A DNA stretch of 64,000 bases from Pyrinomonadaceae bacterium (GTDB lineage: Bacteria > Acidobacteriota > Blastocatellia > Pyrinomonadales > Pyrinomonadaceae). Positions 1 through 9,700 of this stretch are shown here, piece after piece; position 1 is the stretch's first letter; every line of letters starts with the position of its first letter. A program made the translations under genes and the position numbers. The stretch is taken from contig JBKBYA010000005.1 in NCBI GenBank assembly GCA_046313635.1, positions 157,483-221,482 on the forward strand, read 5' to 3'. Below the pieces are notes generated by a model. The model had not been told where the DNA came from. It saw only the letters and a list, made by a program, of their open reading frames with translations, and searched no databases.

Positions 1-122
1 CGGTCGCGCGTGATGCCAGGCTCATCGCCGACGATCGCCTTGCGGCTGCCCGTCAATCGATTGAACAAGGTGGATTTGCCGACGTTAGGCCGGCCGATGA
101 TGGCGACAAGAGGCTGAGGCAT
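1..122 (-). CDS. der: Ribosome biogenesis GTPase Der/EngA, N-terminal fragment (runs off the window edge)
   Basis: Manual translation from ATG at 122 gives [41 protein letters not shown], the G1/G2 motifs typical of Der. Confidence 0.92.
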   Translation of the reverse strand, partial: MPQPLVAIIGRPNVGKSTLFNRLTGSRKAIVGDEPGITRD

Positions 123-236
123 CTTTTAGAGAATAATAAAGTTCCGCGAGCCTTGCACGCTATCGCCTGCGGGCCGCAGGCTCGCCGTGTGGTAGCTTGT
201 TACATTGGCTCCAGTGCACCACGCTCCGCGCCGCTT

Positions 237-1301
237 ATGACGACGACCGCTCTCGTACTGATCCTGCTCAGCATTTTGGTCACGCTGCTGTCGCTGCTTT
301 CGAGCATACGATCCGACGTTTGGTGGATCAGGATTTGGGACTTCCCGCGGCTGCAGGTATTATGCGCGACCTTTCTCCTGCTGACGGCGGTCGTCTACTT
401 CGCGGATGCGGTCGGTCCTCTGACGCCGGCCCTCGCCGCTGTGCTGCTGCTCGGTGCGTTGTATCAGGCCTATATGATCTATCCGTACACGGCCCTCGCC
501 CGTGCGCAGGTGCTGCGGTCACGCGATAAGCGGCCGGGGGAGCGCGTACGACTGCTGTTTGCGAACGTGCTGATGACCAACCGCAATTCGGCTCGTCTGA
601 TCGAGATCATCCGTGCGATCGACCCGGACATCATAATGGCCGCCGAGACCGACGAATGGTGGGCCGGCGAGCTCGCGGGTCTCGAGGCGAGTCATCGCTA
701 CAGCGTTATTTATCCGCTCGGCAATACGTACGGGATGGTGCTCTATTCGCGGCTTGAACTGGTCGACGCCGAGGTCAAGTTTCTTGTCGAGGATGACATC
801 CCGTCGATCCACGCGACGGTGCGGCTGCCGGGCGGATCGACATTCGAGCTGCGCTGTCTGCACCCGAGGCCGCCGTTCCCGACCGAGGACGCGTCGGCGA
901 CGGCCCGCGACGCCGAGCTGCTGATCGTCGGCCGCGAATCAAAGATCAAGAGCGAGCCCTTTGTCGTGATGGGCGACCTGAACGACGTCGCGTGGTCGCG
1001 GACAAACTATCTATTTCAGGACATCAGCGGCCTGCTTGACCCGCGCGTCGGCCGCGGATTTTACAATACGTTTCATGCAAAGCTGCCGCTCGTGAGATTT
1101 CCGCTCGATCATTTTTTTGTTTCGAGTCATTTTAGGCTGGCGAGGTTCACGCGGCTCCCTTACTTCGGTTCGGACCACTTCCCTGTCTTTATCGAGCTCA
1201 GCTTCGAGCCGGACGCGATCGCAGAGCAGCCGCCGCTCTCGGCCGAACCGGACCAGATCGTGGAGGCTTTTGAAAAGATCGATAAGGCACGCGCCGCTTG
1301 A
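237..1301 (+). CDS. Membrane-anchored endonuclease/exonuclease/phosphatase (EEP) family protein
   Basis: Three N-terminal hydrophobic helices, then EEP motifs (FANV, MAAET, GDLN, LDH, SDH). Start moved to ATG 237. Confidence 0.85.
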   Translation: MTTTALVLILLSILVTLLSLLSSIRSDVWWIRIWDFPRLQVLCATFLLLTAVVYFADAVGPLTPALAAVLLLGALYQAYMIYPYTALARAQVLRSRDKRPGERVRLLFANVLMTNRNSARLIEIIRAIDPDIIMAAETDEWWAGELAGLEASHRYSVIYPLGNTYGMVLYSRLELVDAEVKFLVEDDIPSIHATVRLPGGSTFELRCLHPRPPFPTEDASATARDAELLIVGRESKIKSEPFVVMGDLNDVAWSRTNYLFQDISGLLDPRVGRGFYNTFHAKLPLVRFPLDHFFVSSHFRLARFTRLPYFGSDHFPVFIELSFEPDAIAEQPPLSAEPDQIVEAFEKIDKARAA

Positions 1302-1304
1302 AAG

Positions 1305-1342
1305 AGAAAAACGCCCCGACCGCGTCTTACGGCCGGGGCGTT
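1305..1342 (-). terminator. Intrinsic terminator between convergent genes
   Basis: Hairpin AACGCCCCGACCG/CGGCCGGGGCGTT, with an A-run on the left giving a U-tract on the minus strand. Confidence 0.6.
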
Positions 1343-1379
1343 CACGTCACGCCTTGGTCGACAGGCTTGTCGGCCTCCC

Positions 1380-2810
1380 TTATCCGTTCACAAAGCTCAG
1401 CAGGCCGGTCAGCAGAGTTCCCCACAGATCGCCCGAGCCGTACAGGCCGTCGTCGGCGTAGCCGTTACCGGCCGTCGCGACCGCGTCCTGGTAGCCGCGT
1501 GCATAGGCGTCGTAAACAGAGCTTCGCTGGTCAAAGTCCAACCCGTTGACGCGATAGCCAACGCCCAGCCGGTCTAGAAGATACGGCTCCGAGCCGACGG
1601 CATCGTAACGCGGCGCCGCCGAAAGGCCGGCATTCTGATAGCCTCGCTCATACCCTTCGCGATACGCCTGTTGGACCAGATAGTCGTCGTTATAGCCGTA
1701 AGCGGCGGGCCGCCCAAAGAGCGCGTTCGACCCGTAATACGGGCCGGAGCCGAAAAGGCCGTCGCCGCCGTAACCGCCGCCTACGATCGAACCGATACCC
1801 GAGCCGAGTATGTTCCCAAAGATCCCTCCGTCGTCGTCACCGCCGCCGCCGAGTACGACGTTGAGCACCGTGCCGAGCAGCATTCCCTTCCAGTCGATGC
1901 CGCCGAGGAACGGGTCGCCGAATGCTCCCGCGTCGCTGCCGTAGTAGTACGGTTCGTCGTAATACGCTGCCGGCTGGACGATCGCCGGGAAATAGCCGTA
2001 GTTCTGCGCCGGGTAATACCCTCCGATCGGGGCCGACGAATAATAGACCTCCGGCGCCGTCGAATAGTACGCCTGGGCCCGCGGCTCGACGTAGATCACG
2101 CCTTGGCGATCGTAAGTATTCGGAACGTACCAGTCGTTGTAGATCTGGCTCGGGGCCGACCAGCTTCGTCGCTCGTAGCTATCGTCATCTTCGTAGTCGC
2201 GCCGGTAGTAGCGATCGTAGTCGTCGTTATCGCGCCGCCGCTCATAACCGCGCTTGAATCCGCCCTTCTTCAACTGGCCAGGAGCCGTCCATACGCCGGC
2301 CCAGGGCGGCGGGCCCTGTTGACGCCTCGGCTCGGAATAGACGACCTGCGGAAGGCGACGCCATTCGCGGCGATCGTCCTTCCACTCGCGCCCTGCGTCC
2401 TTCCATTCGCGCCTCGCTTCTTTTTCCGCACGGCGGGCCTGCTTCCGCTCCTCCTTCCATTCCTTGTTCAGATCGCGGTATTCCGTCTGCCGTACGACCA
2501 CTGGCGGCTGATAGACCGGCACCTGCCGGTACACGCGTCGTTCCTCGCGGCGCTGCTGCTGCTGTGCCCAGCCCGGATACTGCTGTGCCTGCTGCTGCGG
2601 GGCCGACTCCTGCTTTCGCCAGCCGCGTCCCGGAGGCGGTCCGCCCTGCTGCTGAAAGACCGGGCCGCCGCCGTCACCGCGCCCGTGGCCCTTGCCGCCG
2701 TGGCCGCCCTTTCCGCCTTTCTGGGCGAGGGCATCAAAACCCGCACCGAGCGACAGCACCAATGCCGTCGCGACGACCGTCGATCTCAATATCGAAAAAC
2801 TAATTCTCAT
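1380..2810 (-). CDS. Secreted low-complexity Gly/Tyr/Gln/Arg-rich hypothetical protein
   Basis: Sec signal peptide (…DALA-Q), strong RBS GAGGGGGAG, upstream sigma54 promoter, downstream terminator. Confidence 0.75.
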   Translation of the reverse strand: MRISFSILRSTVVATALVLSLGAGFDALAQKGGKGGHGGKGHGRGDGGGPVFQQQGGPPPGRGWRKQESAPQQQAQQYPGWAQQQQRREERRVYRQVPVYQPPVVVRQTEYRDLNKEWKEERKQARRAEKEARREWKDAGREWKDDRREWRRLPQVVYSEPRRQQGPPPWAGVWTAPGQLKKGGFKRGYERRRDNDDYDRYYRRDYEDDDSYERRSWSAPSQIYNDWYVPNTYDRQGVIYVEPRAQAYYSTAPEVYYSSAPIGGYYPAQNYGYFPAIVQPAAYYDEPYYYGSDAGAFGDPFLGGIDWKGMLLGTVLNVVLGGGGDDDGGIFGNILGSGIGSIVGGGYGGDGLFGSGPYYGSNALFGRPAAYGYNDDYLVQQAYREGYERGYQNAGLSAAPRYDAVGSEPYLLDRLGVGYRVNGLDFDQRSSVYDAYARGYQDAVATAGNGYADDGLYGSGDLWGTLLTGLLSFVNG

Positions 2811-2862
2811 GATCTCTCCCCCTCAAACGGACCCAAATGCCGCAAAGTCTTTAACGTGATTT

Positions 2863-2878
2863 CGCAAGCACCGTGCCA
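2863..2878 (-). promoter_or_regulatory. Sigma54 (-24/-12) promoter
   Basis: Minus strand reads TGGCACG-GTGC-TTGCG, matching TGGCACG-N4-TTGC, about 50 nt upstream of ATG 2810. Confidence 0.8.
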
Positions 2879-2973
2879 CCGGAGTGGCGCTCGTAAGTGT
2901 TGCAGCAAACGGCCGCGCATCACGGTATCGTGCGGTTTCCTACCAAATCGTCGGTCGCGCAAAGCGGCGGTGC

Positions 2974-3005
2974 AAAATAAAAAGGCCGCGATCAACGCGG
3001 CCTTT
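2974..3005 (-). terminator. Intrinsic terminator of the kdsD operon
   Basis: AAAGGCCGCG-ATCAA-CGCGGCCTTT hairpin with a U-rich tail on the minus strand. Confidence 0.75.
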
Positions 3006-3026
3006 GAACGGATATCGGTCGACAGC

Positions 3027-3710
3027 TTATCCGCGGACGAAATCGTAAAAGATACGGATCACGAGCGCCCCGCTCTCGATCTCGGGCTTGACCTCTACCG
3101 CTTTCATCCTGACCCCCGGCGAATTCTCGATAGGGACGAGGAACGAGAGCTTTTCGAGACGTACGACCTCTATCGGGTTGACCTTTCGGTCGATCGAATT
3201 CTGCACCATCCGCGCGACGAGCGAGCCGCCCAGGCCGGCCGTACCGTCGAGCGCGACATTCAGCACACGCGCCCTCGCCACGAGCCGCTGGCCCGCCTGA
3301 TCGAACTCGAGCTCGAGATCGGTCTCCGCATAACCCGAAAACGCGACGCAGCCGACCAGCGGCGGGCTGTAGTTGCCCTCGAATGCGAGCGGAGCATATA
3401 TCCGGCCGTCGCGAAACCGTGCCGCAGTGCGGACGCCGCTGCCCTCGCGGCGAAGCCGGATCGTCTCTTTGCAGGCCGGGGGCGCGATGCTCGGCTCGAA
3501 GTTCGGGCCCGACGCAGCCGGTTCGGACGCGGCCGGCACCTCCGACCCGGCGATCGAGAATTCGGGCGGGGCCGAGTCTCGGAATATCGCGTCGAGCAGC
3601 GCGTCAAAGAAGCTTTCGTTCAGAGTGACCGTGACCTGCGGACGCTGCGCCAGGGCGGGCGCCGCAAGCCCGATCAAGAGCGTGGCCAATATTGCAGTTC
3701 TCTTTAACAT
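3027..3710 (-). CDS. Exported hypothetical protein (beta-rich, two Cys)
   Basis: Signal peptide MLKRTAILATLLIGLAAPALA-Q; follows kdsD on the same strand. An alternative TTG start at 3800 overlaps the kdsD stop. Confidence 0.7.
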   Translation of the reverse strand: MLKRTAILATLLIGLAAPALAQRPQVTVTLNESFFDALLDAIFRDSAPPEFSIAGSEVPAASEPAASGPNFEPSIAPPACKETIRLRREGSGVRTAARFRDGRIYAPLAFEGNYSPPLVGCVAFSGYAETDLELEFDQAGQRLVARARVLNVALDGTAGLGGSLVARMVQNSIDRKVNPIEVVRLEKLSFLVPIENSPGVRMKAVEVKPEIESGALVIRIFYDFVRG

Positions 3711-3796
3711 CGAAGCGACACCTCGGATCGCGAATATCGCGGTGCGAACGCTGGTTCGGATGCGGAGCGGCGGGCTCGTGTTGTGCGCGGTCGGCG

Positions 3797-4795
3797 TCAA
3801 AGGCCGCTGCGAACAATATCGTGCAGCCGCAGCAGGCCCACCGCGCGCGACTCGCCGTCGACCACGGGCAGCACCGCGATCTGCGACGGACGGTCCTCCA
3901 TCAGCCGCAGAGCGTCGTACGCCAGCATTTCTGGCGTGGCGGTCACGGGTCGTTCGGTCATCATGGCGGCCGCGGTCAGCCGCGAGAGTTCATCGGGCAA
4001 AGTTCGTTCGATCGTCCGGCGCAGGTCCCCGTCCGTGATGATCCCGAGGAGACGGCCGTCGCCGTCGACGATGTTGACGGCCCCGAGAGCGTTCTGTGAG
4101 ATCGAGCGGACGACCTCGAGCCATCCCGCATCGGGCCCGATATCGGGACTGTTATGCATCAGGTCGGCGACCGTCAGCGTAAGACGCTTGCCGAGCCGCC
4201 CTGCGGGATGATTCGCGGCAAAGTCCTCGGCGGTGAGGCCCTTTGCCTCCATCACGGTCATCGCGAGCGCATCGCCGATCGCAAGGGCGACGGTCGTCGA
4301 GGTCGTCGGGGCCAGATTGAGCGGGCAGGCCTCTTTATCGACCGATGCGTCGAGCACGACATCCGCACGGCGTGCGAGGGTCGACTCGACATTGCCGACT
4401 ATCGCGATCATCGAGAGGCCTCGCCTCGCGATCGCCGGCAGTATCGCAACGATCTCGTCGGTCTCGCCCGAGTTGCTGAGCGCGATCACCACGTCGCCCG
4501 CCGACATCACGCCGAGGCTGCCGTGCAGCGCGTCGGACGGATGCACGAATACCGCGACCGTGCCGGTGCTCGTCATCGTCTGCGCGATCTTTTGCGCGAT
4601 GACCCCCGACTTGCCGACGCCGGTCACGATCACCTTGTTTCGACAGCATGCGATCAGCTCCACTGCGCGGTCGATCTGCCGCGGGTCGAGACGACCGGCG
4701 GCACGCTCGATGGCCTCGGCCTCGATCCTCAGAAATTCTGCGACCTTTGTTGAGTTGCTTGTCAGAGTCTGCGTCACTTCGCTAATGCCGGACAT
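3797..4795 (-). CDS. kdsD: KpsF/GutQ family arabinose-5-phosphate isomerase (SIS plus two CBS domains)
   Basis: Motifs GVGKSG, HPSDALHG, SNSGET, EACPLNLAPTTST, HPAGRLG, GIITDGDLRR. Start set at ATG 4795. Confidence 0.9.
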   Translation of the reverse strand: MSGISEVTQTLTSNSTKVAEFLRIEAEAIERAAGRLDPRQIDRAVELIACCRNKVIVTGVGKSGVIAQKIAQTMTSTGTVAVFVHPSDALHGSLGVMSAGDVVIALSNSGETDEIVAILPAIARRGLSMIAIVGNVESTLARRADVVLDASVDKEACPLNLAPTTSTTVALAIGDALAMTVMEAKGLTAEDFAANHPAGRLGKRLTLTVADLMHNSPDIGPDAGWLEVVRSISQNALGAVNIVDGDGRLLGIITDGDLRRTIERTLPDELSRLTAAAMMTERPVTATPEMLAYDALRLMEDRPSQIAVLPVVDGESRAVGLLRLHDIVRSGL

Positions 4796-4799
4796 CGGA

Positions 4800-5648
4800 T
4801 CAGTTCTCAGCGGCGGGAACAGGCTTAAAGAGATCGAGCACGATCTCCCAGCGTCCGTTACGAAACTTCCAAACCTGCAAAAAATTTCCCGATTCGCCGG
4901 CCGCCTTCCCGTTCGGGGCGAACGAGTACCGGTTGGTGACATAGGCGAGATCGTCGGCCTCGAAAAAGACCATCCGCTTTGCGACGGCGAAGCTTCTTTT
5001 CTCCCTGCCGGCAAGGTCGAGCAACTGCTTTTTGCCCGTGAAAGGAAACGCTCCCTCCCGGAAGACGCGCACGTCCTTTGCGGCAAATTCGCTGTACGCC
5101 TTTTTAACGCCCTGGCTCGCGGCCACGACAAAGAATCTGTTTGCCCGGTCCGCCGCGCCGATCCTCTGCGATGCGGCCGCGGTCTCGCCGGGAGCGGTTT
5201 CAATGTCGGTGCTGTAGCGCTCGGGCCGTGCATGATCGACGCCGATATCGAGCACCCAACGAAACTCGCCCGACGGCTGCCGCAGCCAGATCGTCACAAA
5301 GTGCCCGAACGCGACCGGCTCGTCACCCTTCCCCTTGGGGCGAAATTCCCAATTACCGGTCGTATAGCCGAGGATGCCGTTTGACGAAATGTCGGCAAAA
5401 TTCGGCGCCCAGGCAAGCAGGCTCGCCGACTCGGGGCGTGCCGACCAATACGCTCTCGCCGGCGAACGCTCGGGAAAGAAACCGACCGCGTCCGGCGACA
5501 TGAATTTTAGAAAGGCCGTTCTGGTACCGCTCTCGGCCGCCGCCTGCGCGAATGCGCGTTCGGCCGCGACCATCTGCTCGACGGGCCGCTGCGCCGCCGC
5601 CGCCGCCGCGACGATCAGAATTAAGAATAGGGCTGGGACTGCTCTCAT
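4800..5648 (-). CDS. Exported protein with two NTF2-like (DUF4440-type) domains
   Basis: Signal peptide; AAERAFA, ADISSNGILGYTTGNW, FVTIW…WVLDIG, and a second repeat ending FLQVWKF…WEIVLD. Confidence 0.75.
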   Translation of the reverse strand: MRAVPALFLILIVAAAAAAQRPVEQMVAAERAFAQAAAESGTRTAFLKFMSPDAVGFFPERSPARAYWSARPESASLLAWAPNFADISSNGILGYTTGNWEFRPKGKGDEPVAFGHFVTIWLRQPSGEFRWVLDIGVDHARPERYSTDIETAPGETAAASQRIGAADRANRFFVVAASQGVKKAYSEFAAKDVRVFREGAFPFTGKKQLLDLAGREKRSFAVAKRMVFFEADDLAYVTNRYSFAPNGKAAGESGNFLQVWKFRNGRWEIVLDLFKPVPAAEN

Positions 5649-5719
5649 GATCAAGACGACCGCAGGTCGAGTCTCATCTTGGCGCGTTCGTTCTCGTTTA
5701 TCAAACCTTAAAATGCGGC

Positions 5720-6616
5720 TCAATCACCCGACCGTTTGGTCCTGCTTCGCGGCTTGAGCACAGGCTCGGTCGAGTCGACGACCGGGGCGAAGACCCCCAG
5801 CACGATCCACCATTTCTTGTCGCGCAGCTTCCAGATATGCAGGCAGTTGCCGCTCTCGACGCCCTCGTCGCTGTTGGCGTACCGGCACGGGTTCCAGACA
5901 TAGGCCATGTCGGTCGCCTGAAACATCGTCGCCTTTTTCGGGAACTCGATCGACTGGTAGCCCTTCATCACCTCAACGACCCTTTTCTTTCCGATAAAGG
6001 GCGGCTGTCCTTCGATCAGCAGCCGCACTTCATCGGCAGCGAACCGCTCATAGGCTCCGGCGAGTCCGCTGCCCGTCATGCTCGCACGGAGGAAGTTCAT
6101 CGAGGCGTCCGCCGGCGACCAGCCGCGTTTGTTGGGATCGCGTTTGCCGACGGCGGGCACGGCCTTGTCCGTGACCAGGAAGGGCAGTTTGTCGTGCATG
6201 ATCGTGATGTCGAGCGTCGCGTAAAATCTGCCGTCGCCGCGCTTTTCCCAGATCGTTACGTACTGGCCGAACTTTGCTCCCGACTCGCTCTTGCCCTTTG
6301 GAAAAAGCCGCCAGTTTCCGGTCGTATAGCCGAGCATGCCGTTCGATGAGATATCGGCAAATGTCGTGTTGCGGCTCAGTATCTCGTCCGACTCGTCAGG
6401 CTGCGACAACCAGAATTGCTTGCCGTTCTGCGCCGACGAGCGAAAGATGACGGCGTCGTCGGACAAAAACTCCAGAAAGGCACGCTTCATCCCCTTTGCC
6501 TCGGAGGCGCGCGCAAAGCTGTCCGACGCCGAGAGCAGCGGCTGCAATTCCGGCTGCGGATATGCGGTACAAACGGCCGCCAGAATGATGACCGCACAAA
6601 TTATTCCCCTGTTCAT
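5720..6616 (-). CDS. Exported protein with two NTF2-like (DUF4440-type) domains, paralog of the next gene
   Basis: Shares FADISSNG(M/I)LGYTTGNW and the two-repeat layout with 4800..5648. Confidence 0.75.
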   Translation of the reverse strand: MNRGIICAVIILAAVCTAYPQPELQPLLSASDSFARASEAKGMKRAFLEFLSDDAVIFRSSAQNGKQFWLSQPDESDEILSRNTTFADISSNGMLGYTTGNWRLFPKGKSESGAKFGQYVTIWEKRGDGRFYATLDITIMHDKLPFLVTDKAVPAVGKRDPNKRGWSPADASMNFLRASMTGSGLAGAYERFAADEVRLLIEGQPPFIGKKRVVEVMKGYQSIEFPKKATMFQATDMAYVWNPCRYANSDEGVESGNCLHIWKLRDKKWWIVLGVFAPVVDSTEPVLKPRSRTKRSGD

Positions 6617-6645
6617 TTGAAAAAATCTTATCAAATCGGCAACGA

Positions 6646-6688
6646 CAAAGGGCAAGACCTTTTTGCGGCACGCTCAAAGGTCTTGCCC
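6646..6688 (-). terminator. Intrinsic terminator after the A2M gene
   Basis: Perfect 13-bp stem GGGCAAGACCTTT/AAAGGTCTTGCCC followed by TTTGT on the minus strand. Confidence 0.75.
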
Positions 6689-6712
6689 GCTGACGAAGGC
6701 GCTTCAGGCCGG

Positions 6713-9700
6713 CTATTCGACGCTGACCGAGTCCGTTCCCGTTCGGCCGAACGTCTCCGGATGGTACATCTCCTCGGCCTTTGCCGGCGGCACCACGAAT
6801 CGCCCCGGCGTGGTCGCGCGAGCGACGTACGAGTAGTTGTAAACGCCCTCCCACAGCAGCGAGGCAAAGGCCTCGGCCCGCTCGTCACGGAAGTTCTGAT
6901 GCTCCATCCAATACCGCGTCCGCCACCAGCCGCGGCCCATCGAGCGGCTGCCGTAGGTCGTCACAAGAGTGATCGGCTTGTCGTCCCCGGGTATCGCCTC
7001 GGTCACGGCAAGCTCGGGATTGAGTATCTCGAGACCGGCCGGCAGGTTGTCGACCAGAGCGACGTGATAACGCCTCGCCGGGGCGACCATCGTCAGCCGC
7101 ACCCGAACGCGGGCGCCGGAGCGGATCGTCCAGCTGCCGTCGGCGTTCTGCTTGACGTCGTCGGCGTTGTCGACGGCCTCGTACGACCGCAGCACCGTGA
7201 AGCCGTGATCCGCCGGCTCGAGCTTCAGGTTGCGCGGCGCGTATTTCATACCGATGCGATAGTAGAGCCGCCCGGCACCCTGACGATCGATAAGCAGGTT
7301 CGACGTGCCGCCCTGTTCGACCAGATACGACATTGGAATGTCGATCACCTTGGAGTCGATCGAGCGCCCGTTGAATTGCTGCTCGCCCGCGTATGCGCTG
7401 CCGAGCCAGATGCGCGTGACGAATTCGGGCGTCACCTTTTCAAACGCCCCGAAGTATCGATCGAGCGCGAGCAGGATAAAGACGTTCTCCTGCGTATTCG
7501 ACCACGCGCCTTTGACGCGGTGATCGAGCAGGCCGCGGACGAGCTTGGGGATCAGATCGTTCTTCGGGTCGGCCTTGATCAGCGACTCGAGCAGCACGCC
7601 GTCGGCACGCCGGTTGGAATACATGATGAGCCACGCAGCGTCGCCGTAATCGGTGACGAAGTTAGCCGTCGTCGCGGTCTCGGTCGTGCGGTTCATCAGG
7701 AATCGGACGATCGAGTCAACTTCAGGCTTCGATCCGGCGTCTTTTGCCAGCACTGACAGGATCCATCCGAGAGCTTCAAACGGCATTTTCCCGAAATTCG
7801 CCGAAGAAACACCCTCGCTACCGCTCGGGTTTCCGCCTGTCGCTTCCGCGAGCAGTTTTTTCACCTTGCTAACGTCCTTGTCGCCGGCGAGGTCGCGAAC
7901 GTAGAGCGCGTACGCCGAGATCGTCCAGCGGACCTGCGGCGAGTTTTTGTACCACTCGTCGTTCTGCAGGTGCTTTTCGACATCGCGCAGGAACGAGCGC
8001 GAACGCTTGAGCATCTCGTCCGGCACCGCGTAGCCCTTGGCCTTTGCGAGCACGAGTGCGTGCGCGGCGTGGACCGAAACGAATGGGTACTCGTACCGCT
8101 CGCGGTCGCGCCGCCACAGCCCGAAGCTGCCGTCCTCGCGCTGCCGCGACTGCAGGATGCGGATGTCTTTTTCAAAGCTCGCCTTGATCGCAGCCTCGCT
8201 AGGCATGTCCTTGGCCTTGAATGCCGCGAGCACATCGCGAAGCGCCGCGATCGAGATCATCCGCGACGACACCTGCTCGGTGCATTCGAAGGGATATCGA
8301 TAGAGCGAGATGAACGCGTCGGTCAGCTCCTGCAGCTGCGTCGAGCTGGTCGTCACCTCGAGCCCGCCGAATTGCGGGAAGACGTCGCCCGGCGTCTGCA
8401 CGGGCTGGATGATCGCGCCGTTTTGATCGGTCGTGCCGTAGGTCGCAAAGGCCTCGGTCGTCGCGGGCGTCCAGACCGGCAGAGAGATCTCGGCCGCGTC
8501 GGCGAATTTGCCCGAGGTCGCGGCGATCTGGAATCTCGCCGTCCCGGCGTTCATCGCGGCGGCCGGGAAACGAACTTCGGCGCGGTCGTTGGCTTTTACG
8601 AGAACCCTCTTTCCTGTGGCGGTCACACCCTCGCTGCCGCTCGGGTTTCCGCCTGCGAGCTCGGCATTCATCGCTCGAACCGCGACATCGACGGTCATGT
8701 CGTTGTCCGTCTGGTTCTGGATCACGACGGGCAGTTCGATGCGGTCGCCGAAGTTCATGAATCGCGGAGCGCTCGGCCGCACCATCAGCGGCTGCCGTGC
8801 GGTGATGTTCGACTCGGTCTTGCCGAATCGCCTGCCGCTGTCGACCGCGACCGCAGTGATGCGATACCGCGTCAGGCTGTCGGGCAGCTTGACGTCGACC
8901 GTCACGCGGCCGTTCGCATCGGTGCGAGCCGACGGAACAAAGACCGCAAGCGCGTCGAATCTCAGCCGCTGCTTGATCGGCGTGTCGGGCCCGCCCGATA
9001 CTTCCTGGCCATCGACCACAAACGCGTTCTCCGCCGCGGATGCACCGTCAGCTCTCAACTCCGAGACCGCGCGTCCCTTCATCGGAAGCTCAGACACCTG
9101 CCGCGCGTTGATCGCTCCACCCGCAGGACTCGGCGGTGGAGGCGGCGGTGGCGGAGCCTGGGCCTTCGCATCTTCCGGATTACCCAGCAAAAGGTCGGCA
9201 CGCGAATGATGATCGGTCACTCCGGCCGAACGCGCCGAGTAAAAGATGCCCATCGGGTCGGCGACGCTGTAGCGCGACAGCGCGAGTACGCTCTCGTCGA
9301 CGATCACGACCGCGACCTCGCTGTCCGTGACCGGTTCGCCGCGGTTATCCTTTACCTCGACATCGACCTTTGTCTCGCCGCCGGGAACGAGCGTCTTATC
9401 GCGCGGCTCGGCGGTAACCGAAAGCCTGCGCGAATCGATCGATACCGACAAATTGATGTTGCCGCTCGCGTATGCCGGACGGCTCGCGAGTTTGGGATCG
9501 ATCTCGCCCTTGTCGTTCTGCCTCGGCGCGGCGCCGACGAGATCGACCTGGGCAAAAATGTTCGGCAGATACTTTTCGTCGATCGGAATCCTGAGCGTGA
9601 TCGACGAATCCTTCATCGTGAACCGCTCTGTCCTGACGATCCCCTCGCGGCGAAGCGTCAGCACGCCCTCAGCCGGCGTGAACGACGCGATAACGAGCAG

